Shown here piece after piece: positions 28,439 to 39,415 of a stretch of 64,000 nt of DNA. The stretch is from assembly GCA_033763455.1 (NCBI GenBank), contig JANRKO010000039.1, positions 161,499-225,498 of the forward strand, in the 5' to 3' direction. Made by a program: the position numbers and the translations under genes. How positions within the stretch are numbered: position 1 is the first letter of the stretch; every line of letters starts with the position of its first letter. Source of the stretch: Polyangiaceae bacterium. GTDB lineage: Bacteria > Myxococcota_A > Polyangia > Polyangiales > Polyangiaceae. Below the pieces are notes generated by a model that saw nothing but the letters and a program-made list of their open reading frames with translations, made no database searches and was not told the DNA's origin.

Positions 28439-30754
28439 TCAGCGCAAACGCGCTACTGGCCGCACCAGCAGCGACTTCCCGCACGAAACAGGAACCTTCA
28501 GTACCTCCCCGCCAACCACACGCGACGTTTCCGCCCCGCAGATCAGCAGCCACTCCCCCGCGGGAAGCTTCAGGCTGAGATCCTCACGCACGTGCGCGAC
28601 AATTAAAGCTTCGCTGAGGCTCCCAGATCGCCACTCCATATTCACTTCAAACCCGCCCCACGTCCTTAATCCGCGAATGTTGCCCGTTGACCAGGCGCTC
28701 GGTAAGCATGGCAAGAGCTCAATGTACCCGTCGTGAAACTGGACCAAGAGCTCAGCGATGGCCGCCACTGCGCCAAAATTTCCATCAATTTGAAATACAT
28801 CGCCCTGAGGCATCGGGTGCGTATCGAGCAAGCTCTTGGTGTTGTAATCCGTGAGCAGGTGCGAAAGGTGCACGTACGCTTGCTCGGCTTCGCCAAAGCG
28901 TGCCCACAAGCAGCAGATGGCCGCTCGACTCCAACCCGTGTGGCCACCGCCTGCTTCCATGCGTCGCTTCAAAGACACGCGCGCAGCTTCAAAGAATTCC
29001 GGCAACCGATTGGGAGTCATCAGGTTGGCGGGATGCACGCCATAGAGATGGGAAACGTGGCGATGCCCGGGCTCTTGTTCTTCATAGTCCTCTTGCCACT
29101 CTTGAAGCTGGCCGTGCTTACCGATCTGAAACGGCGGAATTCGCTCTAAGATCGACGCCCACCGTACGCGCGCCTCCGAGTCCACATCCAAGATCTGGCT
29201 GGCTTCGATCGCGTTGCCCAGAACTTCGCGAATCAACAAGTAGTCCATCGTAGCCCCGATGCAGAGGCTCACCGGCTTGGCGCCACCTATGAACTTATTC
29301 TCGGGTGATTGTGAAGGGATAGTGACCAAGTGGCCCTGGCCATCTTCCACCAGAAAATCTTCGTAAAATTCAGCCACTTCACGCACAAACGGGTAAGCGT
29401 GCTCCCGCAGAAATTCAATATCTTGGCTGTATTGCCAACGCCAGAAAAAGTGTTGCGCGAACCAAGCCGCCCCACCTGTCCATACGTCCCAACCTTGAGC
29501 GGACATCCAATTCATCTTCCAGATATCGCCACTCTGATAGAAGAGGCCTCGGCAATTGAAGTAGCGCCTTGCCGCTAAACGCGACGTTTCCTTGTGGCGC
29601 TCCAGAAAAGCCAACAACACATCGCTGCATTCTGGCAATCCACAGATCTCGGCGGGCCAGTAGTTCATCTGGAGGTTGATATCGGCGTGGTAATCTGAGT
29701 CCCAGCAGGGCCGCAGGTGCTCATTCCAGAGGCCTTGGAGGTTGGCTGGCTGTTCACATTTCCTGGAAGAGGCAAGCAGGAGATAGCGCCCGTAATTGAA
29801 GTAGAGAGCAAAGAGCGCTGGATCCTGAGCGCCAGATTGCAAGTGCTGCACGCGTTGATCGGTCGCCAGCTCACCCGAGGTCCCCTCCAACTCAAATGCC
29901 ACACGCCCGTACAGGGTTTGGTACTCAGCGAGATGGGCTCGGAGCAGAGCATTCACCTCACGCGGCGCCTGCTCCAACACCTGCCGACACGAAGCCGAAG
30001 GCGATTCCCCTCGGTAGTCAGTTGCTAACGCCAGCCGCACTACCACTCGCCGGACCCCATCAAAAGCCAAGGACCCAGCTCGAACAGAGTGCAGCTCTCC
30101 CTCATCAACCTGCACATGAGCACGCGCGCCAAATCGAATGCCCTCGGCAAATTCCGCATCAAACCCAAAAGAATCTCGCTCACGCCAAGGGCTTACGACG
30201 GCATCTGGATCGGGAATGCGAGAGAGCGCCAGTGTTCCGGACATAACCTCCGAGCTTACAACCTCCAACACCAGCACTTGATCCACGGCGCTGACAAATA
30301 CACGGCGCACGATACGGCAGGTGCCGCTCGCAAACGAAGTAGTCACAACAGCCGTTTCTAGATCGAGCTCATGTTGATAATCGGAAATGGCACCGTCGAG
30401 CTCAAGCGTGAGCTCCAAATCACCCAATGGCTGAAATGGCTGGATGTGCGTGAGCCCAGCTTCTTCATATTTTGGCCCACCGAGCGCTGCGTTCGCCTGT
30501 GCCGTTCCTCGGAGAATATCGCCCGCCAAGAAGGCCGCCCGGATCTCCGGGAGCTGCCGATGTGCTTCAGGAATTTCCGGATATTTGAGCGTACCTCGCC
30601 ACAGGTTCTCATGATTCAGCGCCAGCCGCTCGTGCGCCGTGCCACCAAAAACCATGGCCCCCAAGCGGCCATTTCCGACAGGATAAGCATCTAACCAGCG
30701 CTCTGGCGGGGAATCTAAGCGCAGACGAGAACAAGCGTGCGACATCCGTGACAA
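28439..30754 (-). CDS. GH95 alpha-L-fucosidase-like glycoside hydrolase
   Basis: PVGNGRLGAMVFG, YGRYLLLASSR, INLQMNYW, HRHVSHLYG, FQIDGNFG. Confidence 0.93.
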   Translation of the reverse strand: MSRMSHACSRLRLDSPPERWLDAYPVGNGRLGAMVFGGTAHERLALNHENLWRGTLKYPEIPEAHRQLPEIRAAFLAGDILRGTAQANAALGGPKYEEAGLTHIQPFQPLGDLELTLELDGAISDYQHELDLETAVVTTSFASGTCRIVRRVFVSAVDQVLVLEVVSSEVMSGTLALSRIPDPDAVVSPWRERDSFGFDAEFAEGIRFGARAHVQVDEGELHSVRAGSLAFDGVRRVVVRLALATDYRGESPSASCRQVLEQAPREVNALLRAHLAEYQTLYGRVAFELEGTSGELATDQRVQHLQSGAQDPALFALYFNYGRYLLLASSRKCEQPANLQGLWNEHLRPCWDSDYHADINLQMNYWPAEICGLPECSDVLLAFLERHKETSRLAARRYFNCRGLFYQSGDIWKMNWMSAQGWDVWTGGAAWFAQHFFWRWQYSQDIEFLREHAYPFVREVAEFYEDFLVEDGQGHLVTIPSQSPENKFIGGAKPVSLCIGATMDYLLIREVLGNAIEASQILDVDSEARVRWASILERIPPFQIGKHGQLQEWQEDYEEQEPGHRHVSHLYGVHPANLMTPNRLPEFFEAARVSLKRRMEAGGGHTGWSRAAICCLWARFGEAEQAYVHLSHLLTDYNTKSLLDTHPMPQGDVFQIDGNFGAVAAIAELLVQFHDGYIELLPCLPSAWSTGNIRGLRTWGGFEVNMEWRSGSLSEALIVAHVREDLSLKLPAGEWLLICGAETSRVVGGEVLKVPVSCGKSLLVRPVARLR

Positions 30755-30923
30755 GCGCTTAGCTTTCGGCCCTGGTCCGCTTCAATATCCAAATGCAACT
30801 CGATGTATCTGAATGGCGCAGCCAGAAACTCGCACACCCCATCAAAATTGCGCAAAAAGCGGGTTGCCCTTCACACAATTGCCTCTCCCGCCTGGGCCTT
30901 TCTAGTTTAGCCTGCGCACCAGA

Positions 30924-32201
30924 ATGGCGACGACTACCAGGATACGAAGTTGGCTCTCGCGGGCTCCGCCTCCTGTATTCGGCACCTATGCTCTCTTCGC
31001 GGCCTTTTCGACGTACTTCTGCATGTACGCCTACAGAAAACCGTTTGCCGTAGGGAAATACGAAGGCGCGATCTCGCTGTTTGGTTTGGTGATAGAGGCC
31101 AAGATCGCGTTCATCATTGCGCAAGTGCTCGGTTACACGGCTTCGAAATTTCTCGGCATCAAAGTAGTTTCAGAAATGACGGCGGGCCGGCGAGCCAAAG
31201 CAATTGCTGGTGCCATCTTGCTGGCAGAAGCGTCGCTCTGCTTGTTTGCCGTGTTGCCCAATCCCTTGAAGGCGCTGTGTTTATTTGCAAATGGCCTGGC
31301 GCTTGGGATGGTGTGGGGGCTCGTCTTCGCGTTCATTGAAGGGCGCGAGCTTTCAGATATTCTGGGGGCGGGCTTGGCTTCGAGCTTCATCGTTTCCAGC
31401 GGCTTCGTGAAGAGCGCCGGTAAGCTGGTCTTGGGCTGGGGTGTGAGTGACGCGTGGATGCCAGCCGCAACGGGTGCCCTCTTCTTGTTGCCTATAGCTT
31501 TCTTCATAGCACTTTTGGCGCAGGTGCCGCCTCCGAGCCCCAGCGATGAACGAGCACGATTGCGCCGTATGCCGATGGATCGCGCGGCGCGCCGCAGCTT
31601 CTTCTTATCGCTGGCACCAGGCTTGATCTTACTGAGTTTCGCTTATGTACTGCTCACCGCATTCCGCGATTTTCGCGATAACTTTGCCGGCGAAATTTGG
31701 AGTGCACTCGGTTATGGCAAGGTTCCGGAAATCCTGACAACAGCGGAGCTCCCCGTAGCGTTCGGAGCACTCATAGCCGTCGGCGCCGTAATGTTAGTGA
31801 AGAATAGTGCGCGAGCGATTTTGGTGATCCACGGCCTCTTGGTCGTCGGAGCACTTCTGATTGGAATAAGCACACTCCTCTTTCAAGCGAGCATCATCGG
31901 CCCGGCAACGTGGATGATCCTGATAGGGCTCGGCCTCTACATGGGGTACGTACCTTACAATTGCGTGCTGTTCGATCGCTTGCTTCCCGCTGTGGGTTCC
32001 GTAGGCACGGCTGGCTTCATGATCTACCTCACGGACTCACTGGGCTATTTTGGCAGTACGGCTCTGCTTCTATTCAAGAACTTCGCCCAGCCCCAATTGC
32101 CCTGGCTAGATTTCATGCTCGGCTTAAGTTGGGCTACAGCGATTGTTTGCGCCGTGCTCTTCCTGGCATCTGGAGCGTATTTTAGGGCGCGGATGAGGTA
32201 G
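30924..32201 (+). CDS. DUF5690-family membrane transporter
   Basis: AFSTYFCMYAYRKPF, SKFLGIKVVSE, RDFRDNF. Confidence 0.85.
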   Translation: MATTTRIRSWLSRAPPPVFGTYALFAAFSTYFCMYAYRKPFAVGKYEGAISLFGLVIEAKIAFIIAQVLGYTASKFLGIKVVSEMTAGRRAKAIAGAILLAEASLCLFAVLPNPLKALCLFANGLALGMVWGLVFAFIEGRELSDILGAGLASSFIVSSGFVKSAGKLVLGWGVSDAWMPAATGALFLLPIAFFIALLAQVPPPSPSDERARLRRMPMDRAARRSFFLSLAPGLILLSFAYVLLTAFRDFRDNFAGEIWSALGYGKVPEILTTAELPVAFGALIAVGAVMLVKNSARAILVIHGLLVVGALLIGISTLLFQASIIGPATWMILIGLGLYMGYVPYNCVLFDRLLPAVGSVGTAGFMIYLTDSLGYFGSTALLLFKNFAQPQLPWLDFMLGLSWATAIVCAVLFLASGAYFRARMR

Positions 32202-32298
32202 GCCGGGCTATGGCTCTGGGATTGCTCCGCACGGACTGGTAACCTGAGGCGCGAATGTCTTACGCTCAAATGCTTGGTAACGGCGGGGAGAGGCTGCG

Positions 32299-33156
32299 GT
32301 GGCTTTGATGGTTCGATCTACGGATTGGTTCGCGTCGTTCCGATGGCGCGCCCTTCTGCTTCTGATCACCTTCGGGACCTGTGAAGCTTGTGGTTTGGGT
32401 GTAGGGTACCGACCCAGTGCGTCGACGCCTTCGGGTGGACACCAGTTCGACGATGACCCGCGCCCGATGTCGATGCCGATGCCGCTGCCGATGCCCCGCT
32501 CTCAGTTAGCCGCGCCGGCTCTTGCCGCCGGCCCCGTGGCGAGGCCAACGCTGGCGCCCTCCGACAACCCGAGCCCCGAGCCGAAGACTCCCGAGCCACC
32601 CTCCAACACAGAGAGCAAGCGAAAGCCTCTGCTCATTTACGAGGCCACGCTCGATCTGGCGGTTTTCGAAGCCAAGAAGGGGCTCGACGCGGTCGAGAAG
32701 CTGGCGTTGGAAGTTGGTGGTTACCTGGTGAACCGAACCGATAGCAGCATCTTGGTGAGGGTTCCCGCTGCACGCTTTGAAGAGACGCTCAAAAAGTCAT
32801 CAGCTTTTGGCGACGAGCTCCACCGCAACGTGAAGGTACGCGATGTCACTCTTGAATTCACAGATCTTTCGGTGCGCCTCGATAACCTCCTTCAGATGCG
32901 AAAGCGGGTGACGGAGCTTTTGGCCCAAACCAAGAACGTAGACGAAGCACTCCGCGTCGAACAGGAACTCACGCGGATCACATCCGAAATCGAGAGCCTC
33001 AAGGGTAAGCTCGCGCTTCTGGGAGAGCTCATCCAGTACTCAACCTTAGAGGTGCGCTTCCAGCCCCGGCCCGTGGAGCGTTTGAATCGAACCGTTCAGT
33101 TGCCCTTTCCATGGCTCCGCAATCTGGGCCTGACCAATCTTCTGAGGCTTGAGTAA
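32299..33156 (+). CDS. DUF4349-domain protein
   Basis: RVPAARFE, RDVTLEFTDL, coiled-coil segment. Confidence 0.85.
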   Translation: MALMVRSTDWFASFRWRALLLLITFGTCEACGLGVGYRPSASTPSGGHQFDDDPRPMSMPMPLPMPRSQLAAPALAAGPVARPTLAPSDNPSPEPKTPEPPSNTESKRKPLLIYEATLDLAVFEAKKGLDAVEKLALEVGGYLVNRTDSSILVRVPAARFEETLKKSSAFGDELHRNVKVRDVTLEFTDLSVRLDNLLQMRKRVTELLAQTKNVDEALRVEQELTRITSEIESLKGKLALLGELIQYSTLEVRFQPRPVERLNRTVQLPFPWLRNLGLTNLLRLE

Positions 33157-33668
33157 TGGCAAACGCTGCAACCTTCTTCCGCTTCGGTGGCGTTGTCGGC
33201 ACCACTCTCATTGCTCTTGCGAGCTGCACTCGTCATTTTGAGCCCATCACTCCGGCGGGCTTCGTCGAACTGAACAATCAGAAGGAGTACGCGTACCGTG
33301 CTACGAATCCCGATGGTGTGGTGATAGCGGTACGCGAGATCAAGCACGACCCAAAAGGAGCGCTCGCATTTTGGGAGCGTGCCGTCGAAAACGAGCTCCG
33401 TGAGGGGCGAGGCTACGCGTTGCTCGGCAAGGAGGCGGCTCGCACGCGGTCTGGCCTCGTGGGCACTACACTGCGCTTTGGCCACGACGAAGGTCGCAAC
33501 ACGCACCTTTACTCAATCACGGTGTTCGTCACCGGAGATCACGTTTTTCTGATCGAAGTCGGGGGCCCCAAAAACGTCGTGGAAGGCAAAGCGGGAGCGA
33601 TCCGGGCAGCGATTGCGAGCTTCGAGCCCGAAGAAGGGATAATACATTCTCTGTTCGGGTGGTTGTGA
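33156..33668 (+). CDS. Hypothetical lipoprotein
   Basis: Lipobox LASC; TAATG overlap with the DUF4349 gene. Confidence 0.75.
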   Translation: MANAATFFRFGGVVGTTLIALASCTRHFEPITPAGFVELNNQKEYAYRATNPDGVVIAVREIKHDPKGALAFWERAVENELREGRGYALLGKEAARTRSGLVGTTLRFGHDEGRNTHLYSITVFVTGDHVFLIEVGGPKNVVEGKAGAIRAAIASFEPEEGIIHSLFGWL

Positions 33669-34176
33669 GTTGAGCTGTGAAAGCATCAAACCAGCAGAGG
33701 CCAAATTACGCTCGCGAAGTAACCGTCGAAAGCCACGACGCTTTCGCCGTTCGCCTGAACTCCGGTCATTTCATTTAGCCGAGCAAGGGCCGACTCGAGA
33801 TGCCAAGCATCCGTGACGAGCATCCTCCCCCAGCGGATGCTGAGCTTGAGCATGCTCTACTCCTCAACTTCCTGCAGCGCGATACGCCGCATGCGGATAA
33901 GAATGTGCGGGGCTGTGGCGAACCCGAACCAAGGCGTTCGGCGCTGGCCAGAAGACCGCTTGGGGCGGCAACGCTACAGGCGTATTTGCAGCCGTAGCGA
34001 GCCATCCCCACGCCTCAGAACATTGTCAGCGCTGGCTGAGCAACGTCGGAAACGTGCTAATCCCGCTCCGTGCTCTGTGCCTTCACCCGCGTGCAGGTTT
34101 TCTTCCCTAGTCGGTGCCGACAAGTCCCATTTTGATTTCTTGTATTCTCTAACCTCCACCTGAATACTCCGCCACC

Positions 34177-36732
34177 ATGTCGATCTACTCTCTCGCTGGG
34201 CGTTGGCAATTTCGCGCATACAAGAAGATTGGAGACAAAGCCTTAAAGGCGCTTCAACTGGAGCGTTGGATGCCAGCTCACATGCCGGGTACCCTTCACT
34301 ACGCCCTGGAGAAGCTCGGAAAAATCCCCGACGCAATGCACGAACGCAACGAGCTCAGTGTGCAGTGGGTGGACGAGCAGGATTGGGAGTTGGTTCGGAA
34401 TGTGCGGGCAACCGTGGCAGACTGCCGAAAGCTTCGCCAAGAACTCGTATTTAATGGGCTCGATACAATTGTCACGATTTACCTCAACGGGAAGAAGGTG
34501 GGCCGTTCGGTGAACATGTTTCGGCAAGTCGTGTGTGATGTCGCCGGGGTGCTCGTGCCCGGGGAAAACGAGCTCAAGTTGGTGTTCGAAAGCCCTACAG
34601 CATACGCGGCGGCGGAATACAAAAAGTACGGTGCCGGCAAGGGCATATTGCATGGCTTCGTGTGGCAAACGGGCGAGCGGCGCCAAAGTGCGCGCAAGTG
34701 GATCCGAAAGGCCCAGTGCCAATTTGGTTGGGATTGGGGCCTCTATCTCGCCACGTCTGGCATGTGGCAGCCAGCCTTCTTGGAATGTTCGAATGCGCCT
34801 CGCGTAGCTTCGGTTCAGACCCAACAGACACACCATGGCCGAGTCGGTCGGCCGCACACTGTCGAGCTGAGTATCAGCACACGTTTGGCTTCCCCCTCCG
34901 TTCAAAGCGGCGAGCTAATGCTGAGCTGCGGTGGGCAGAGTGTTAAAGTGCGCGCACACCTGCGACCAGGCGAAACTACCGTGAAAGCTAACTTGACTCT
35001 AACATCACCCGAACTTTGGTGGCCGGCTGGCGAGGGACCGCAGAAGCTCTACGAACTTTGCATTGAATGGCACGGCGACAACGGCGATACCACTCAACAC
35101 CAACGGCGCCTTGGCCTGCGCACCATTGAGCTCGTTACCGAAAACGATTCTGCCAAAGGGGAACCCCGAGCTCAGTCTTTCTTTTTTCGAGTGAACGGGC
35201 GCGCCATCTTCGCGCGCGGCGCAGATTGGATCCCTGTAGATCCTTACATTGACCGAGCGAAGCCTGGCGTTTACCGCCACCTCTTGAGCAGCATGGTGGA
35301 GGCCAACATGAACATGGTGCGAGTGTGGGGAGGCGGCTATTACGAGCAGGACATTTTCTACGATCTTTGCGACGAAAAGGGTTTGCTCATTTGGCAAGAT
35401 TTCATGATGGCCTGCGCCCTCTACCCGGATCGCAAAGAGTTCATCGCCGAGCTTGTGGCTGAAGCCAAGTACCAGGTACGGCGGCTGCATGATCGACCAT
35501 CTTTGGCGCTCTGGTGCGGCGATAACGAGAACGCCGCGGAGCTGTGGCACAACTGGCTGAATCAGCCTATCAAGGATCCCGTCGGCATCTACAAGCGTAC
35601 TCTTTCTGCTTTGAAGAAGGTTTGCGAAGCCGAGGATACAACTCGGCGCTTCTGGCTATCGAGCCCCTCCAACAACGATTTCGAAAAAGATCCGGCCGAT
35701 CCGAGGCGAGGCAATGTGCACTCCTGGAACGTGTGGCACGGGCGTAAGCCTTTCAAGGATTACCTGAACGTAAAACCGCGGTTCGTCTCCGAATTCGGAT
35801 TTCAATCCTTCCCTGAGCCCCGCACCATTCGCAGCGTGGTTGCAAAGGAGCACTGCAACCCCACTAGTCGAGTGATGGAGCACCATCAGCGAGCTGGTGA
35901 CGGCAACATGCTCATCACCAATGCCATAGCGCGAGAGTTGCCTATTCCCAAGGATTTCGACTCTTTTTGTTGGGCTTCTCAGATCAACCAAGCTCAAGCG
36001 ATCCGAACCGCTGTGGAGCACTGGCGGAGGCTCAAGCCTTATTGCGGCGGCGCCCTGTTTTGGCAGCTCAACGACTTGTGGCCCGTCGCCTCTTGGAGCT
36101 CTATCGACTATTATGGACGCTGGAAGGCGCTACAGCACGAAGCCGTGCGCTTCTTTTCGCCACTGCTCACGTCACTGGTGCACGAAGGAGATAGCTTGCA
36201 GGTGTGGGTCACTTCCGATTTGCCGAATGCGCTCTCGCTAGCCGGCGAGCTGGAGGTGCTCACGTGGTCAGGTCAGCGCATCACCCGCATTGCGTTAAAA
36301 GCACGGGTGGCTCCTCAAGCAAGTCGAAAGATCGCCACGCTATCCCTCGCTCAGCTCCTCGGTGGAAAGGCCGAGGCTCATGAAGTTTGTTGCTTTGTGC
36401 GCCTCAAGGGGTCTGGCACGGTTGCCGAAAATTGCGCCCCACTGGTGCCCTGGAAGTGGGTGAGCCTGGAAAAGCCGCGGACACAAGCAAAGCTGCGCGA
36501 GCGCGCCGGCCGATTGGAGTTGGTTGTTGAAAATACCGCAATAGCGCCCTTCTTTCACGCTGAGCTCAAGGGAACAGAAGGTCACTTTCAAGGCGATTGG
36601 CAGGTCTTGCCGCCCGGCACGCACGTTCTTCCCTACGTCTATCACGAGGAACGTGGGCAACGCCGGCTAACACTAGAAGAGGCTCAGAAAAAGCTCCGTA
36701 CGTTCAGCCTCTATGATTTGGTGGAACACTGA
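34177..36732 (+). CDS. GH2 beta-mannosidase
   Basis: RKAQCQFGWDWG, NMVRVWGGG, WCGDNE, RFVSEFGFQS, WQLNDLWP. Confidence 0.93.
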   Translation: MSIYSLAGRWQFRAYKKIGDKALKALQLERWMPAHMPGTLHYALEKLGKIPDAMHERNELSVQWVDEQDWELVRNVRATVADCRKLRQELVFNGLDTIVTIYLNGKKVGRSVNMFRQVVCDVAGVLVPGENELKLVFESPTAYAAAEYKKYGAGKGILHGFVWQTGERRQSARKWIRKAQCQFGWDWGLYLATSGMWQPAFLECSNAPRVASVQTQQTHHGRVGRPHTVELSISTRLASPSVQSGELMLSCGGQSVKVRAHLRPGETTVKANLTLTSPELWWPAGEGPQKLYELCIEWHGDNGDTTQHQRRLGLRTIELVTENDSAKGEPRAQSFFFRVNGRAIFARGADWIPVDPYIDRAKPGVYRHLLSSMVEANMNMVRVWGGGYYEQDIFYDLCDEKGLLIWQDFMMACALYPDRKEFIAELVAEAKYQVRRLHDRPSLALWCGDNENAAELWHNWLNQPIKDPVGIYKRTLSALKKVCEAEDTTRRFWLSSPSNNDFEKDPADPRRGNVHSWNVWHGRKPFKDYLNVKPRFVSEFGFQSFPEPRTIRSVVAKEHCNPTSRVMEHHQRAGDGNMLITNAIARELPIPKDFDSFCWASQINQAQAIRTAVEHWRRLKPYCGGALFWQLNDLWPVASWSSIDYYGRWKALQHEAVRFFSPLLTSLVHEGDSLQVWVTSDLPNALSLAGELEVLTWSGQRITRIALKARVAPQASRKIATLSLAQLLGGKAEAHEVCCFVRLKGSGTVAENCAPLVPWKWVSLEKPRTQAKLRERAGRLELVVENTAIAPFFHAELKGTEGHFQGDWQVLPPGTHVLPYVYHEERGQRRLTLEEAQKKLRTFSLYDLVEH

Positions 36733-36767
36733 GCTTCACCGAATCTAACCCAATCGGCGAGGCCTCC

Positions 36768-38753
36768 TCAAAGTGACGAACGACAATACCGAGTGAGCGA
36801 GCCGTCCGCGTGCCCCGCAAAGATATCACCGCTTGGAGTAAACACAGAAGCTGTGGCGAACGCGTTGAAGCTTCGAACCTCACGCGTTTTGGTATGAAAC
36901 AGTTCCCCGTCAGCCAAAACCCAATCACCCTCCTTCGAGAGCCGCGGGCGGTGGCCAGCCAACGGCAAATCCAACAACACACTCCCATCGGCAGCCGAGT
37001 ACAGCCGACTCAAGCAAGGGGCTGCATCGCGCTCCGAACAACCAGAAACCAACAAGACATCACCCTTGTCGGAAAGCTCTGCCCACCGGCTAGGCCAAAG
37101 CTCAGGATCGATCCCATTGGCGGAACCCCAAGCGAGAGTGCCATCCGTGCGGAACTTCTCTGGGGTGCTGGTATATACCCACTCGCTGTCAGGAGAAAAC
37201 ACAGCTGCGGGGAACTTATCCTGCGTCTTCAACAGCGCCACCTGCTGCAGACTAGGAACGGAGCGCACGGACGCCCCCAAGCCATATTCTGCCCCTGCAA
37301 CTAGGCGACCGTTCGGCGAAAAACGCATTTGATTGAGGACCGCGTTACCAAAACCAGAAACGCTCGCCACGATCGACGCAGTTTGAACGTTGAGGCCAGT
37401 ACGCATGTCGATCAAGGCACCACCGTCACCCGCGATCGCTGCCAGCGACCCATCAGCAGACACGTCCGGCACTGTGGTCAGACCACCGCCAGCCATCCAA
37501 ATTAACACGGGTTCGGCGCGCTCAGAGGCCAAGGACCACGCTAGGTTCTCGGCACCCCCGCTTACCAAAGCCGTACCTTTAGCGTCCATCGCGAGCGCTG
37601 TGATGCTACCAGCGGGCACTCCGAGCAGGCGGGATGCTCCAACCCCAGCAAGCGGAACCAGCCGAACAACACTGTCCGCACGCCCGAGAAACTCCTCAAG
37701 CACCAGAGCGAATTGTTCGTTATCGGAAACTTCGACCTGCCCGCGCGCTTCTACAGGAAGCGTCTTGACCAAACTCCCGTCCTCTACCGCATAGACTTCA
37801 TTGGAAATGACCATGTGAGTAGAGTTCTGCGCAAAGGCGAACGGCTGCTCATTGTTGAGCGCCTTCACCCATAAAACAGAGCCCACATCGACCTGAGCTA
37901 GGTGCAGCCAGAATGTCTTTTCCTGAGTGTTAGGGTCCACCGACGTCTGCACAAAGGCCACATATCGGCCATCTGGAGACGAAATCGCCTTTTCTATGGG
38001 GCCAACGTTCAGCTGAGGCGCGGGAAGGGTCCCCAGTGCGTCGGGTGAGGTGGCTCTGATACCCATGCTCCCCGCCAGAAGCAAGACTTCATCATTCATC
38101 GCGAAGCCAAAAGCCCCTGAATCAGGCAGAGGGACCACGGCACCACTCTGCGCATTCACAACGCAGGGAACTGCTCCGTCTAGAAGTAGGTACTTCCCGC
38201 TAGGAGAAAACCTCGCGGGCCCACGTGGAACGCACACTTCAGACACGCTGACGTTCTTCGAAATCTCCAGGCTCGCACTCTCCCGAAAAAGAACGCTTGC
38301 AACACCAACATCCGCTACGAGCTTTCCATTCGTCGAGAGTGCCAAGCTTCGCCTGGTATCGCGAAGGCCATCCCTGCCGAGCGGCGCGGATACCGCTCTT
38401 AGTTCACGCCCGCTCACCGTATCGTAATGCGCAATGCCGCCGCCTCCATGAGCTACATACAGGGTGGCCCCAGCGTCACCGAAAACGGCACTCGACACGC
38501 TCTTTTGCGTAGATCCACAGGCGGACCAGGACCACTTCTCCGACCCGCTGGAGCTCGGCTGTGTCTCAGGCGGGATAACGTTGGGCGGCATCATCTCGGA
38601 CGAAGTACTCCCTGACCCCATCACCGAGACGGATGACCCCGTCGGCGCCGCAGGTGTCTCCTCCAAGTCTGAACTCGTGACTCGCCCGCAACCCCAAGCG
38701 CCAGCAAGTCCTGATAGCACTGCGACGAAAACTGAGCGTTGGAACGTCAACAT
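36768..38753 (-). CDS. WD40-like beta-propeller lipoprotein
   Basis: Lipobox AWGC; recurrent FSPSG, SSPDG, FSPNG, FTPSG turns. Confidence 0.75.
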   Translation of the reverse strand: MLTFQRSVFVAVLSGLAGAWGCGRVTSSDLEETPAAPTGSSVSVMGSGSTSSEMMPPNVIPPETQPSSSGSEKWSWSACGSTQKSVSSAVFGDAGATLYVAHGGGGIAHYDTVSGRELRAVSAPLGRDGLRDTRRSLALSTNGKLVADVGVASVLFRESASLEISKNVSVSEVCVPRGPARFSPSGKYLLLDGAVPCVVNAQSGAVVPLPDSGAFGFAMNDEVLLLAGSMGIRATSPDALGTLPAPQLNVGPIEKAISSPDGRYVAFVQTSVDPNTQEKTFWLHLAQVDVGSVLWVKALNNEQPFAFAQNSTHMVISNEVYAVEDGSLVKTLPVEARGQVEVSDNEQFALVLEEFLGRADSVVRLVPLAGVGASRLLGVPAGSITALAMDAKGTALVSGGAENLAWSLASERAEPVLIWMAGGGLTTVPDVSADGSLAAIAGDGGALIDMRTGLNVQTASIVASVSGFGNAVLNQMRFSPNGRLVAGAEYGLGASVRSVPSLQQVALLKTQDKFPAAVFSPDSEWVYTSTPEKFRTDGTLAWGSANGIDPELWPSRWAELSDKGDVLLVSGCSERDAAPCLSRLYSAADGSVLLDLPLAGHRPRLSKEGDWVLADGELFHTKTREVRSFNAFATASVFTPSGDIFAGHADGSLTRYCRSSL

Positions 38754-38902
38754 ACGAGCAGCCTATGTGGCAGTGAACGGCGCAACAACCCTCGCGTTGC
38801 CCTCGGTACATGGCGAGGGGAATTGCAAGGCTCCGACGCAAACCAAACGCAAACCCTCCCAACTGTGGCTGAAGGATGGGCGGTTGCTCGGGCGGTTTGC
38901 TC

Positions 38903-38923
38903 TGTACGTCACATTACCGTACA
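38903..38923. promoter_or_regulatory. Putative operator of the DUF1778/GNAT TA locus
   Basis: TGTACG-N9-CGTACA, about 24 nt before ATG 38947. Confidence 0.6.
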
Positions 38924-38946
38924 CTGTTGAAATCTCGGCGATCACC

Positions 38947-39237
38947 ATGGCACGATCAAACACTGCAGAGCCTCGTAGCCACCGCCTTGAGGCGCGCATT
39001 GCCCCAAAGGCGCTCGCTCTCATTAGGCGCCCTGCTGAGGCCAAAGGAAGCAGCCTGAGCGATTTCGCTGTGGCTGCTGCCCGCGAAGCTGCTGCCCGCG
39101 AACTTGAAGAGCAGCACATCATTCGGTTATCGGCCCAGGAACAACGCCAATTTGTCGCCCTTCTGCTCGATCCCCCCAAGCCGAACAAGGGCCTAAAGCG
39201 CGCTGTCGCCGCCCACACGAAGCTCATCAAGCGTTGA
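38947..39237 (+). CDS. DUF1778 (TacA/AtaR-type) antitoxin
   Basis: RLEARI...SLSDFAVAAA...IRLS...FVALLLDPPKPNKGLKRA. Confidence 0.9.
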   Translation: MARSNTAEPRSHRLEARIAPKALALIRRPAEAKGSSLSDFAVAAAREAAARELEEQHIIRLSAQEQRQFVALLLDPPKPNKGLKRAVAAHTKLIKR

Positions 39238-39238
39238 C

Positions 39239-39372
39239 GTGTCACCTCCGTTTACAATCGAGCTCCTAGGTTCGCAGCATAAGAGGGAAGCTTTTGCTTG
39301 CGGCGCCGAAGCGCTCGACCGGTATTCTCAGGAGCAAGTTGGCCAAGACGTTCGTAGACGTGCAACCGCCTT
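39239..39372 (+). pseudogene. Truncated GNAT (TacT/AtaT-type) toxin
   Basis: HKREAFACGAEALDRYSQEQVGQDVRRRATA is a GNAT-toxin N-terminus; similarity stops after ~44 codons and no acetyl-CoA motif follows. Confidence 0.8.
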
Positions 39373-39415
39373 ACTTGGGAAGCTGGTCGAGTTTACCCGA
39401 TTGCAAACGGAAGCG

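Noticed and set aside
33669..34176. 500-bp gap with several short ORFs
   Set aside because: No frame gives a recognisable protein and I saw no convincing RNA structure.
38464..38946. 257-aa ORF as an N-terminally extended DUF1778 protein
   Set aside because: The extension is antisense to the WD40 gene and crosses the operator palindrome; ATG 38947 gives the normal size.
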